Positions 47,564 to 56,285 of a stretch of DNA of 64,000 nucleotides are shown piece after piece (within the stretch, counting starts at the first letter, position 1; each line of letters opens with the position of its first letter). This stretch comes from Candidatus Giovannonibacteria bacterium RIFCSPHIGHO2_01_FULL_45_24 (GTDB taxonomy: Bacteria; Patescibacteriota; Minisyncoccia; UBA11713; 2-01-FULL-45-33). The position numbers and the translations under genes were made by a program. The notes under the pieces are model-generated. The model made no database searches. It saw nothing but the letters and a program-made list of their open reading frames with translations, and was not told where the DNA came from. The stretch is from NCBI GenBank assembly GCA_001778495.1, contig MFHE01000002.1:17995-81994 (forward strand). Reading direction: 5' to 3'.

Positions 47564-49915
47564 ATGAAGTTTTTAGCCAAGCCGCTTTTAGCTTTTGCTT
47601 TTCTCTTTCTTTTTGCCGCGCCCGCCTTTGCCGGCCCCAACGATAATCTCTCCGGCGGGGCATGGGCCGATAATATCGGCGCGATCAGTTTTAATTCCAC
47701 AAATCATGATGGCGACGTAGATTACGGCGTTAGCGTTGATCAAGCTGGAAATCTCTCCGGAGAAGCATGGTCCGACAATGCAGGATGGATAAGTTTTAAC
47801 GCAGGGGACGTTGCGGGGTGTCCGCAGGACCCGCCGGCGGTTCCGTGCGCGCCGAAATTGAATCGCGAAACGGGAGTTGTTTCCGGTTGGGCAAGGGCTT
47901 ATCGCGCCATAGAGCCGGAAGGTCAGACACTCGGCGGCTGGGATGGATGGATTCATCTTAGGGGAAAGGTCCAAAGCGATAATTCAGATTTTGGTGTTTT
48001 GGCAAGCGGCTGTGATTGGGGCGGGCTTGCCTGGGGCGGCACTGATTATAGTCTGGGTTTTACCGGCTGGGTTCAATTTGACGCCGAAGGCACCGGCTTT
48101 GCCTGCGTTGAAGTTGTTCAACCCGGACTGCGCGTCGTTCCACATTCCGCCGATCTTGAAGTCGGAGGGCAAATGCCTTTCCAAGCTCTTTACGACCCGG
48201 ATGGTTCCAGCCCACAGCCGGAAACAGACGTTACTGAATCGGCTTCCTGGTCTTCTTCAGGCCCCGCAGTAGCCGTCGTAACAAATATTTCTCCCAAGGG
48301 CATAGTAACGGGTGTATCGCCCGGGGATGCCAATATCACCGCGACTTATCTCGGAACAAACGACTCGGCTTTGGTTAATGTTACTCAATCACCGCCATCT
48401 GTTCCCAAATGCGAACCAACTTCTCAATCAGGGAAAGTCGGCGATCCATTCGGTTTCACCGCCAAGGACGGCTCATCTCCATACAGCTGGTCCGCTCCTT
48501 CGGGGACTCCATCTTCCGGCGCGGGATCTTCTTTCATCACAAGATACTCTTCCCCCGGCAACTACGTTGTTACTCTCACTGACTCCGCAAGTAGGTCCGA
48601 CACTTGCTCCGTGAGCGCAGAGAGGGTTGAGGACCCTGAAAACCGCGTTCCGGTTGCCGAAGCCGGCATTTCAACGGACGGCTCAACTTACTCAAGCAAA
48701 ATCATTGTTACAAAAGGGGTCCCGACCAGAATTTACTTTTCTGCCGATGAAGATGTAACCGGAGATGGAGCCGCGAGCCGCGACCCGGACGGCTGGACTC
48801 ACCCGACTCTGGGAGTTTCCAACGGAGGAAGTTGCGCGTGGAACGCCGACCTCAATCAAGGAACTCCGACTTTTGAAAAAACTTTTGGCAGTCCGCCATC
48901 GCCGTCCGGCTGCAATTTCAATCAAGAATACACTTTTAACGATGACCTTGAGGGGCAGCAATCCAAAACCTTCACTTACGAGGTGCTTAAAATCACAGAC
49001 GCAAGAGGGGCGGTTTCAAACATAGGATTCGTGCAAGTGGAGGTGAGAGCCGAGGGCGGATTTACCTGCAACTCATTGAAGCAGTGCGTCTTTGGCGGCG
49101 GGGGAGAAAGTTGTAGGATTACTCCGGAGTGCGAAAGCGTTATTGTAGACCCGCCTGTCTGCACAAGCAACTGCGGAGGAGGCGGAGGAGGCGGAGGAGG
49201 CTGCACTGATCCGGTAACATGCCCTGTTGTTACAGATCCCAACGCTTTAGAGCTTGGCTCCGACACCAGTTTTTTCTGCCCGTCTCATCAGGTTGAACTT
49301 AAATGGAATTACTCCGATCCAAACGGCGACCAGCAAGCGTCTTTTAGATTACAGGTTGATAACAATTCAGATTTTTCATCAATGATTGTTGACGTTTACC
49401 AAGACTCTTCAAATAAACTTTTTATTGTCCCGCCGAATGTGCTTTCTTTCAGCACAACGTATTATTTCAGAGTCGCGGTAAAAGATTCAACCGGCGCGTG
49501 GTCAAACTGGTCTTCTTCCGCCAATTTCACGACGCCGGCAAGTTGTCCTCCGGCGGCGAGCTTTAAACTCCGCAGAACGAAAGACATCTCTGTGAATGTC
49601 ACTGGCGTAGGCGCTGGAACAAGCGATTCAACGACGATTTGGGTTGAGAAGATCGGAGCGTTTTCCGGCACGGTAATACTCGTTCCGCAATCCATCTCGC
49701 CGAATATTCCCGGCGCGTCTTTCAGTTTCGCAACCGCTTCGCTGGATCAAGATCATTATTCGTCCGGTTTTAGCTTCAAGGTCACGGTTCCGGGGTCTAC
49801 CGCGCCTGGCAATTACACTATTAAAATTAAAGGGACGAGCGGCGGCGTGCCGGACGCTTTTGTTGACGTCCTGCTTAGAGTAAATTTTACCAGCCCGGAT
49901 TTTAGGGAAATATAA
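47564..49915 (+). CDS. large secreted multi-domain surface protein (module 1, gene c)
   Basis: Signal peptide MKFLAKPLLAFAFLFLFAAPAFA. Repeated G.AW...GWISFN motifs, a Big_2-like segment and many Cys pairs. The C-terminal domain is shared with 52021-53265. Confidence 0.75.
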   Translation: MKFLAKPLLAFAFLFLFAAPAFAGPNDNLSGGAWADNIGAISFNSTNHDGDVDYGVSVDQAGNLSGEAWSDNAGWISFNAGDVAGCPQDPPAVPCAPKLNRETGVVSGWARAYRAIEPEGQTLGGWDGWIHLRGKVQSDNSDFGVLASGCDWGGLAWGGTDYSLGFTGWVQFDAEGTGFACVEVVQPGLRVVPHSADLEVGGQMPFQALYDPDGSSPQPETDVTESASWSSSGPAVAVVTNISPKGIVTGVSPGDANITATYLGTNDSALVNVTQSPPSVPKCEPTSQSGKVGDPFGFTAKDGSSPYSWSAPSGTPSSGAGSSFITRYSSPGNYVVTLTDSASRSDTCSVSAERVEDPENRVPVAEAGISTDGSTYSSKIIVTKGVPTRIYFSADEDVTGDGAASRDPDGWTHPTLGVSNGGSCAWNADLNQGTPTFEKTFGSPPSPSGCNFNQEYTFNDDLEGQQSKTFTYEVLKITDARGAVSNIGFVQVEVRAEGGFTCNSLKQCVFGGGGESCRITPECESVIVDPPVCTSNCGGGGGGGGGCTDPVTCPVVTDPNALELGSDTSFFCPSHQVELKWNYSDPNGDQQASFRLQVDNNSDFSSMIVDVYQDSSNKLFIVPPNVLSFSTTYYFRVAVKDSTGAWSNWSSSANFTTPASCPPAASFKLRRTKDISVNVTGVGAGTSDSTTIWVEKIGAFSGTVILVPQSISPNIPGASFSFATASLDQDHYSSGFSFKVTVPGSTAPGNYTIKIKGTSGGVPDAFVDVLLRVNFTSPDFREI
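49175..49201 (+). repeat. tandem (GGAGGAGGC)x3 encoding Gly9 between two Cys codons
   Basis: A perfect 9-nt unit repeated three times, in frame. Confidence 0.9.
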
Positions 49916-49925
49916 TAAAATTGGG

Positions 49926-50261
49926 ATGGAAGAGCAATTTTCAAAAACAATAAGAACGACCACCCTGATTTTAATCGCGGCTTTGGCCATTGCGGCAATT
50001 TATTATTATTGGACTCAATTGTCCGGAATTGAACCCGCAAAAGAAGAAAGGCCGTTTTATGTGCCCGCGCCAACTAACGCCCCGCCATTGCCGGAAACGA
50101 AAGAGTTTATCCCGGAGCCCACTAAAGCCCCGCCTCTTCCAGCAAGCAAGGCGCCGGAGCCGACTAATGCACCCACTCTTGAAGAATTAGGAACACCACC
50201 ATCTTCCACACCGCTTCCGGAGGGCTCCGCTCCTCCTCCCACCGGCGCACCTGCTTTATAA
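49926..50261 (+). CDS. small single-pass membrane protein with Pro-rich repeated tail (module 2, gene a)
   Basis: TM segment [17 protein letters not shown], then (A/E)PT(N/K)APPLP repeats. The stop overlaps the next start (TAATG). Confidence 0.55.
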   Translation: MEEQFSKTIRTTTLILIAALAIAAIYYYWTQLSGIEPAKEERPFYVPAPTNAPPLPETKEFIPEPTKAPPLPASKAPEPTNAPTLEELGTPPSSTPLPEGSAPPPTGAPAL

Positions 50262-51937
50262 TGAATCTTATGAAGAACCAAACTAACAATTTATTAAAAG
50301 ATGTGGCTAAAGTGGCGGTTTTCGGAGTTGCGTTTTTGGTGTTGCAGGCGCTTGCGTTTACAGAGCCCTCGCAATCTCCTCCCTGGGGCAATACTCCTGC
50401 TCCGTTAAATGTTTCCGGCTCAACGCAAGCTAAAAGCGGAGAGCTTCAGATTCCAATTCTCCGCGACTACAACAATCCCGGCTATTACGTTGACCCCGAT
50501 GCCAATTCGTGGCTCTACCGGCTTTATTCTTTTGAATTAAGATCGGAGGATAAAATCTGTTTTAAAGGGGACTGCAGGACATCATGGCCCTCCAGCGGTA
50601 CCGACAGCCAAACCCTTTCCATCAGTGGGCAAACTCTTTCTATTTCCGGCGGAAATAGCGTCGCTTTGCCGGCGGGGGGAGATATTACCGCGGTTAATGC
50701 GGGAGCTGGTCTTTCTGGGGGAGGAGCTTCCGGCGATGTCGCGCTTTTCGCAGACACCGGCTATCTGCAAAGAAGAATAAGTGACACGTGCGGCGCCGGT
50801 TCGTCCATTCGGGCAATAAATTCTGACGGCTCTGTTGTTTGCGAAGCGGATGACGCCGGTACTGGAGGTATTGGAGCAGAATCCGACACTTTACAAAGCG
50901 TAACCGACCGCGGCAATTCAACCTCTCAAAATTTGACCTCTCCGATAGTCTATGACTACAACAATGCTGGCTACTACGTTGACCCCGCAGCCAACTCGTG
51001 GCTTTACAGATTATATTCTTACGAACTTTGTCTTCGCAACGATTGCGTCACTTCTTGGCCTCCCGGTCCGCCGGGACCGCAAGGTCCGGCAGGCCCGACT
51101 GGACCCACTGGCGCAACCGGAGCAACGGGAGCTGCCGGACCACAGGGCCTCAAAGGGGATACTGGAGCAGCTGGTTCAAAAGGCGACACAGGGGCGACTG
51201 GCACGACGGGCCTCCAAGGTCCGCAAGGTCCTGCAGGACCAGCTGGCGACATTACGGGTTCAAATCCCAACTGGTTGCGCGCTCTTTGGCTGGAGGCGAC
51301 CAATTATCTTAAGGCTCCGATTCTTTACGATCGCGACAATGAGGGATATTATGTTGATCCCGCTTCCAACTCAATATTTTTTAGGTTATATTCCTATGAT
51401 TTAAAGTCGCTAGACCGGATTTGCCTTCGCGGCGATTGCCGCACCTCGTGGCCATCCGGCGGCGGCTCTGACAGCCAGACGCTTTCCATAAGCGGTCACA
51501 CTTTATCTATTTTCGGCGGCAACAGCGTCTCATTACCCGATAATGACAGCCAGACTTTATCTCTAAGCGGCCAGACGCTTTCCATCTCCGGCGGCAACAG
51601 CGTTAGTTTGCCATCCGGCGGCGGCTCTGACAGTCAGACGCTTTCTTTTAATCCAGATACCTATAATCTTAATATTTCTGGCGGAAACAGCGTGACATTG
51701 CCCGGGCAAAAAGTTTGCATCGGTTATCATACCGAAGGAGATAATTGGCACGACATTTTGCAAGTGCCGACTGGCTGGACGATATCAACATGCCGCAACG
51801 GGTTAAAAACATTCAGTAGTTCCATAAAGAAGTTTATGTTGGGGTGCATTTTTACAAATTCCTTCTCAAAATCGCCGGGCGACTTTGTGGGCATTAACAA
51901 TAATCCAAGTTTGCCTTCACCAAATTGCGGCTGGTAA
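50261..51937 (+). CDS. secreted collagen-like fibre protein (module 2, gene b)
   Basis: Signal ...LQALA|FTEPS and [20 protein letters not shown]. 20 G-X-Y triplets (about 51065-51247). Repeated [14 protein letters not shown] and [19 protein letters not shown] units. Confidence 0.8.
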   Translation: MNLMKNQTNNLLKDVAKVAVFGVAFLVLQALAFTEPSQSPPWGNTPAPLNVSGSTQAKSGELQIPILRDYNNPGYYVDPDANSWLYRLYSFELRSEDKICFKGDCRTSWPSSGTDSQTLSISGQTLSISGGNSVALPAGGDITAVNAGAGLSGGGASGDVALFADTGYLQRRISDTCGAGSSIRAINSDGSVVCEADDAGTGGIGAESDTLQSVTDRGNSTSQNLTSPIVYDYNNAGYYVDPAANSWLYRLYSYELCLRNDCVTSWPPGPPGPQGPAGPTGPTGATGATGAAGPQGLKGDTGAAGSKGDTGATGTTGLQGPQGPAGPAGDITGSNPNWLRALWLEATNYLKAPILYDRDNEGYYVDPASNSIFFRLYSYDLKSLDRICLRGDCRTSWPSGGGSDSQTLSISGHTLSIFGGNSVSLPDNDSQTLSLSGQTLSISGGNSVSLPSGGGSDSQTLSFNPDTYNLNISGGNSVTLPGQKVCIGYHTEGDNWHDILQVPTGWTISTCRNGLKTFSSSIKKFMLGCIFTNSFSKSPGDFVGINNNPSLPSPNCGW

Positions 51938-51956
51938 ATTATTAATCCTTAGGAAG

Positions 51957-51977
51957 TTAGGAAGTCCGACTTCCTAA
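51957..51977. repeat. intergenic REP-like hairpin
   Basis: TTAGGAAGT-CCG-ACTTCCTAA, preceded by a partial duplication of the left arm. Confidence 0.8.
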
Positions 51978-52020
51978 TGATTTTGCTTGCTTGATAGATT
52001 GAATTTGATAGAATTAAAAT

Positions 52021-53265
52021 ATGGTTAAAAATTTCAGAGTTGGCGCGGTTTTGGCGACTTTGGTTTTCGGGGCGGCTTTTTATTTTCTTCCGACTTTTCA
52101 CTCTCCAGAAGTCCAAGCGGGCTCCGAGCATAATCTTTCCGGGTGGGCGTGGTCGGAAAATATCGGCTGGATAAGTTTTAACTCAACCAATCAGGGTGGT
52201 GGGGCGAACTACGGCGTGACGGTTGACAGTGGCGGCAATCTTTCCGGCTACGCCTGGTCGGAAAACATCGGCTGGATTGATTTTAATGAGAATACCGGAT
52301 GCCCATCTTCTCCCTGCCGGCCGAAACTGAACCGTTCCAGCGGGCAAGTTTCCGGATGGGTTAAGGCCTTGGCGGCGGGCGGCAGCGGTTGGGACGGCTG
52401 GATTCGCCTTCGTGGATCTAATTACGGAGTTGGTGTTAACGGCTGTGACTGGGATGGGTATGCTTGGGGGTCTGATGTTGTGGGATGGATTCATTTTAAG
52501 GGATCAAATTACGGCGTTTCGGGAACTGGATCCGGCTGCGGCGTTCAGCCCGATTTGCTCGTTTCAAGCGGCCCGCTGCTTAATTTCGGCGTTTTGGTCG
52601 GAGGGACGACGGTCAATTTCAAGGGCACCGTGCGCAATCAGGGCGACGCAGAAGCCGTAGGCGCTTTTTCTAATCGCTTTCAGGTTGACATTGATAATAA
52701 CGGCTCGGTTGATTTAACGCTTACTCCAAATCCAACATTGAGCGGCCTCGCCGCCGGAAGATTTTCTGAAGTGGTTTCCGGAAACTGGAGCAATATCCCC
52801 GTCGGCACGCACCGCGTTGTTCTTTGCGCCGACCAGCCCGGCCCGACTATTGCCGAATCCAACGAAAATAACAACTGCTCGGAAAGCTTATTCACCGTCT
52901 CCGTGCCGGAGTTTTACCTATTAAGCTCAAACGAGCTTGATATTGATGTCACCGGCGTGGGAGATTCTTCAAGCGGCACTACCAAAATAACCGTGATTCC
53001 GGTCGGAGCTTTTACCGATGACGTCGCATTGTCTGTACAGTCCGTTTCGCCGTCTTTGCCTGCTGGGACAATTTATAATTTCGTGCCGCAAACCCTGAAG
53101 AAAAATCAGTATTCTTCCGGTTCAAATTTTAAAGTGACGGTTCCCGGAGACACCGCGGAGGACGAGTATATTATTACCATTGTAGGCCAAAGCCCTGGAC
53201 TCAACCGGACAATCAATGTTACACTTCATGTTAATTTAAAGATTCCGGAATTTAAAGAAATTTAA
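52021..53265 (+). CDS. secreted surface protein, paralogue of 47564-49915 (module 2, gene c)
   Basis: Same N-terminal GWAWSENIGWISFN repeat domain and same C-terminal domain, ending PEFKEI versus PDFREI. Confidence 0.75.
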   Translation: MVKNFRVGAVLATLVFGAAFYFLPTFHSPEVQAGSEHNLSGWAWSENIGWISFNSTNQGGGANYGVTVDSGGNLSGYAWSENIGWIDFNENTGCPSSPCRPKLNRSSGQVSGWVKALAAGGSGWDGWIRLRGSNYGVGVNGCDWDGYAWGSDVVGWIHFKGSNYGVSGTGSGCGVQPDLLVSSGPLLNFGVLVGGTTVNFKGTVRNQGDAEAVGAFSNRFQVDIDNNGSVDLTLTPNPTLSGLAAGRFSEVVSGNWSNIPVGTHRVVLCADQPGPTIAESNENNNCSESLFTVSVPEFYLLSSNELDIDVTGVGDSSSGTTKITVIPVGAFTDDVALSVQSVSPSLPAGTIYNFVPQTLKKNQYSSGSNFKVTVPGDTAEDEYIITIVGQSPGLNRTINVTLHVNLKIPEFKEI

Positions 53266-53266
53266 C

Positions 53267-53950
53267 ATGGATCAAAAATTTTTAATTCCGTCTTCTATTA
53301 TTTTGGCTGGTGTAGTAATTGCCTTGGCGGTTTTGTATAGCAAAATCCCGTCCGCGCCCTCCTCAACATCCGATGTTAAATCTGCAAAAACATCGGATGT
53401 TTTCCCGGGCGCGGAAGCTCTACGTATCCGCCGAGACGATTTTGTTTTGGGAAGTCCCGCCGCGAAAGTCGCCATTATTGAATATGGAGATTTTCAGTGC
53501 CCGTTTTGCGGAAGATTTTTTCAAACTACCGAAAAGGAGATTATAGAAAAGTACGTGAAGACCGGCAAAGCCGCGTTTTTGTGGCGCGACTTCGCGTTTT
53601 TGGGAGAAGAGTCTTTCCGCGCCGCCGAGGCGGCGCGTTGCGCCGGAGAGCAGGGGAAGTTTTGGGAATATCACGACTATCTTTTTAATGGTCAGCGGGG
53701 GGAAAATGAGGGCGCGTTTTCCGACCAAAATTTGAAACGTTTCGCGAAAGAGCTGAAACTGGACGAATCTAAATTTAATTCCTGTTTTGATTCCGGAAAA
53801 TACAGAAAAGCGGTTGAGGAAACGTCAAATACGGGGAGAGCGGTTGGGGTGAACGGCACCCCGGCCACTTTCGTAAACGGGCAGTTAATTTCCGGAGCGC
53901 AGCCGTTTGCCGTGTTTCAGAAAATTATAGATGAAGAGCTCAAAAAATAA
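53267..53950 (+). CDS. DsbA-family thiol:disulfide oxidoreductase (membrane-anchored)
   Basis: Thioredoxin-fold CPFC active site and an N-terminal TM segment. Confidence 0.85.
   Translation: MDQKFLIPSSIILAGVVIALAVLYSKIPSAPSSTSDVKSAKTSDVFPGAEALRIRRDDFVLGSPAAKVAIIEYGDFQCPFCGRFFQTTEKEIIEKYVKTGKAAFLWRDFAFLGEESFRAAEAARCAGEQGKFWEYHDYLFNGQRGENEGAFSDQNLKRFAKELKLDESKFNSCFDSGKYRKAVEETSNTGRAVGVNGTPATFVNGQLISGAQPFAVFQKIIDEELKK
53360..53407 (+). repeat. 48-bp double-hairpin element, copy B, in frame in the DsbA-like gene
   Basis: 46/48 identical to 1371-1418. Encodes SSTSDVKSAKTSDVFP. Confidence 0.9.
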
Positions 53951-54446
53951 TTTTTTTGTCTTGGCAGCGATTATTTTGATTCTGGCCGCGGCCGGATATT
54001 TTGTTTTTAATTATTTTTCCAAGCTTGCCTCTGTGCCGGAAATGGGGGAGAGTTATCCGATAGAGGGCGCGGCGCATGTCGCCGATGGCGTAAAAGTTGA
54101 CTACCGCACAAACCCGCCGTCTTCCGGAGCGCACTACCGGAGCTCGGCGCGCTGGGGTGTTTATGACAAAGCGCTTCCGGACGAAACTTTAGTGCATAAT
54201 CTTGAGCACGGCGGAGTCTGGATTTCTTACAAGCCCTCAATTCCCCGGGACGAAATAAAAAAACTTGAGGATTCGGCGCGAAGCTACAAAAGCAAAGTCA
54301 TTTTGACGCCCAGAGAAAAAAACGACTCGCCAATAGCCATTGTAAGCTGGGGCAGAATTTATAAAATGGATTCTTTTAGTGAAGAAATGATTAAAAATTT
54401 TGTATTAAAATATAAAAATACCGGCCCGGAATTGGTGCCGGACTAA
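53931..54446 (+). CDS. DUF3105-like membrane-anchored protein
   Basis: PPSSGAHY...HNLEHGGVWISY pattern. Confidence 0.65.
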   Translation: MKSSKNNFFVLAAIILILAAAGYFVFNYFSKLASVPEMGESYPIEGAAHVADGVKVDYRTNPPSSGAHYRSSARWGVYDKALPDETLVHNLEHGGVWISYKPSIPRDEIKKLEDSARSYKSKVILTPREKNDSPIAIVSWGRIYKMDSFSEEMIKNFVLKYKNTGPELVPD

Positions 54447-54447
54447 C

Positions 54448-55416
54448 ATGCTTTATGATGTTATAATTATCGGCGGGGGCCCTGCCGGAGCGGCGGCGGC
54501 AGTGTATGCTGCCAGAAAAAAACTAAAAACGCTTTTAATTACCGATTCTTTCGGCGGGCAATCGCTTGTTTCCAGCGATATCCAAAACTGGATAGGCGAG
54601 CCGCATATTTCCGGATTTGACCTTGCGCAAAAACTTGAAGCGCACGTGCGCTCCTTTCCGGACGCTGTTGAGATAAAGACATCGGAGAGGGCGACGGCAA
54701 TTCGCAGCATCAAGTGCAGTGAAGAGAGGATTTGTGATTTTGAGGTCAAAACCGACCAAAATAATGTTTATGAAGCTAAAACGCTGATTTTAACAATCGG
54801 CGCAAGAAGAAAAAAACTCGGCGTGCCAGGAGAAGAGAAATTTGAAGGCAAGGGCGTGGCTTATTGCTCAACCTGCGACGCGCCGCTTTTTTCCGGGAAG
54901 CGAGTCGCGGTTGTGGGCGGCGGCAATGCCGGATTGGAAGCAGTAGTTGACCTTTTCCCTTATGCTTCGGAAATTTATTTAATCCATCGCGGAGACGCTC
55001 TAAAAGGGGACCCGGCGGAGCAAGAAAAAATCAAGAAAAATCCTAAACTTAAAGAGATAATCTTGAATGCGGAGACATTGGAAATTTTGGGGGACAGGTT
55101 TGTTGCCGGATTGAAATATAAAAATTCAAAGACCGGAGAAGAAAAAGCGTTGAGCGTTGAGGGGGTTTTTGTGGAAATTGGCTCCCAGCCCAATTCTGAA
55201 ATAGTTAAAGATTTGGTTCTTTTAGACCAATGGGGGCAGATAAAAATTGACCCGCGGCACGGTTCAACCTCGCACCCGGGAATTTTCGCGGCCGGAGACG
55301 TCACCGACGACCCGTACAAACAAAACAATATTTCGGTAGGCGACGCCGTAAAAGCGGCTTTGGCGGCATATAATTATTTACTCAAGCGCGAAAAACAACC
55401 CCCCGCGGCCGGTTAG
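54448..55416 (+). CDS. trxB: thioredoxin-disulfide reductase
   Basis: DVIIIGGGPAGAAAA, redox CSTC, second GGGNAGLE fold, and AAGDVTD. Confidence 0.88.
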   Translation: MLYDVIIIGGGPAGAAAAVYAARKKLKTLLITDSFGGQSLVSSDIQNWIGEPHISGFDLAQKLEAHVRSFPDAVEIKTSERATAIRSIKCSEERICDFEVKTDQNNVYEAKTLILTIGARRKKLGVPGEEKFEGKGVAYCSTCDAPLFSGKRVAVVGGGNAGLEAVVDLFPYASEIYLIHRGDALKGDPAEQEKIKKNPKLKEIILNAETLEILGDRFVAGLKYKNSKTGEEKALSVEGVFVEIGSQPNSEIVKDLVLLDQWGQIKIDPRHGSTSHPGIFAAGDVTDDPYKQNNISVGDAVKAALAAYNYLLKREKQPPAAG

Positions 55417-55420
55417 TTCC

Positions 55421-56128
55421 CACTTGGCTGTCCGACAGCCAAGTGTTATATTTTATTTATGAGAAAAACTCGTTTTGGTAACGGAGAATTTTATCATATT
55501 TATAATCGCGGTACCGATAAGCGTCGGGTATTTTTAGACCAAGAAGATTTTAAGCGTTTTTTGCAGAGCATGAACGAATTTAACAGCCAAATACCTATCG
55601 GCAGTTTATTTGAGAACTCTTTTAGGGGCGAAACTAAACTTGGCAGTCGGACTGTTAAGTTGGTTGATATCGTTTGCTATTGTCTTAATCCTAACCACTA
55701 TCATTTAATGCTTCGTCAGCGCATTGAAAATGGAGTTAGTGAGTTTATGAAACGATTGAGTGGTGGTTATACTCAATATTTCAATATTAAATATAAAAGA
55801 AGCGGCGTGCTTTTTCAAGGTAAATTTAAGGCGACGCACATAGATTCTAATGAATATCTTTTACATGCCAGCGCATATGTTAATTTGAATAACCGCGTTC
55901 ATCATATTAATGACAGATCATCACGATCAAGTTGGGGAGAATGTCTCGATGACAATAGCGGTATGTGCGCTAAAGATATTATATTGAAGCAATTTAAGAA
56001 GCCCGTCGAGTATAAAGAATTTGCTGAAAGTTCGCTAAGAGATATTTTAGAGCGGAAACAACTGCATAAAGAACTGGAAAAAATATTACTAGAAAATTAG
56101 CCACTTAGCTGTCGGACAGCTAAGTGGC
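55421..56128 (+). mobile_element. RAYT-2 unit: Y1/HUH transposase gene bracketed by REP-2 hairpins
   Basis: CACTTGGCTGT-CCG-ACAGCCAAGTG (55421-55445) and CCACTTAGCTGT-CGG-ACAGCTAAGTGG (56101-56127). Internal copy at 55638-55660. Confidence 0.8.
55459..56100 (+). CDS. REP-associated tyrosine transposase-like protein (IS200/Y1_Tnp family)
   Basis: FYHIYNRG..., HUH motif in CLNPNHYHLML, Tyr motif ASAYVNLN. TGtTATATT ends 7 nt before the ATG. Confidence 0.8.
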   Translation: MRKTRFGNGEFYHIYNRGTDKRRVFLDQEDFKRFLQSMNEFNSQIPIGSLFENSFRGETKLGSRTVKLVDIVCYCLNPNHYHLMLRQRIENGVSEFMKRLSGGYTQYFNIKYKRSGVLFQGKFKATHIDSNEYLLHASAYVNLNNRVHHINDRSSRSSWGECLDDNSGMCAKDIILKQFKKPVEYKEFAESSLRDILERKQLHKELEKILLEN

Positions 56129-56285
56129 ATGTGGTCACGAAAAATGCCCCCTATGCTGCAGGATGACCTCCTGATGCTCTAGAAGTGTTAATTGGACTTT
56201 TTAGTAAACTTTATTATGATATAAATATGTAGGTGTGGCAATTTCTTTATACATCAAGAGTTTTATTGGTAAAATGTAATTACAT

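Noticed and set aside
51019-51303. ORFs overlapping the collagen-like segment (94 aa antisense on the minus strand; 104 and 150 aa alternative-frame on the plus strand)
   Set aside because: They are artefacts of the GC-rich G-X-Y triplet periodicity, which keeps several frames open.
46433-53265. Possibility of a diversity-generating retroelement targeting the surface proteins
   Set aside because: There is no reverse-transcriptase ORF (no YxDD-type motif) and no template/variable repeat pair that I could find in the window.
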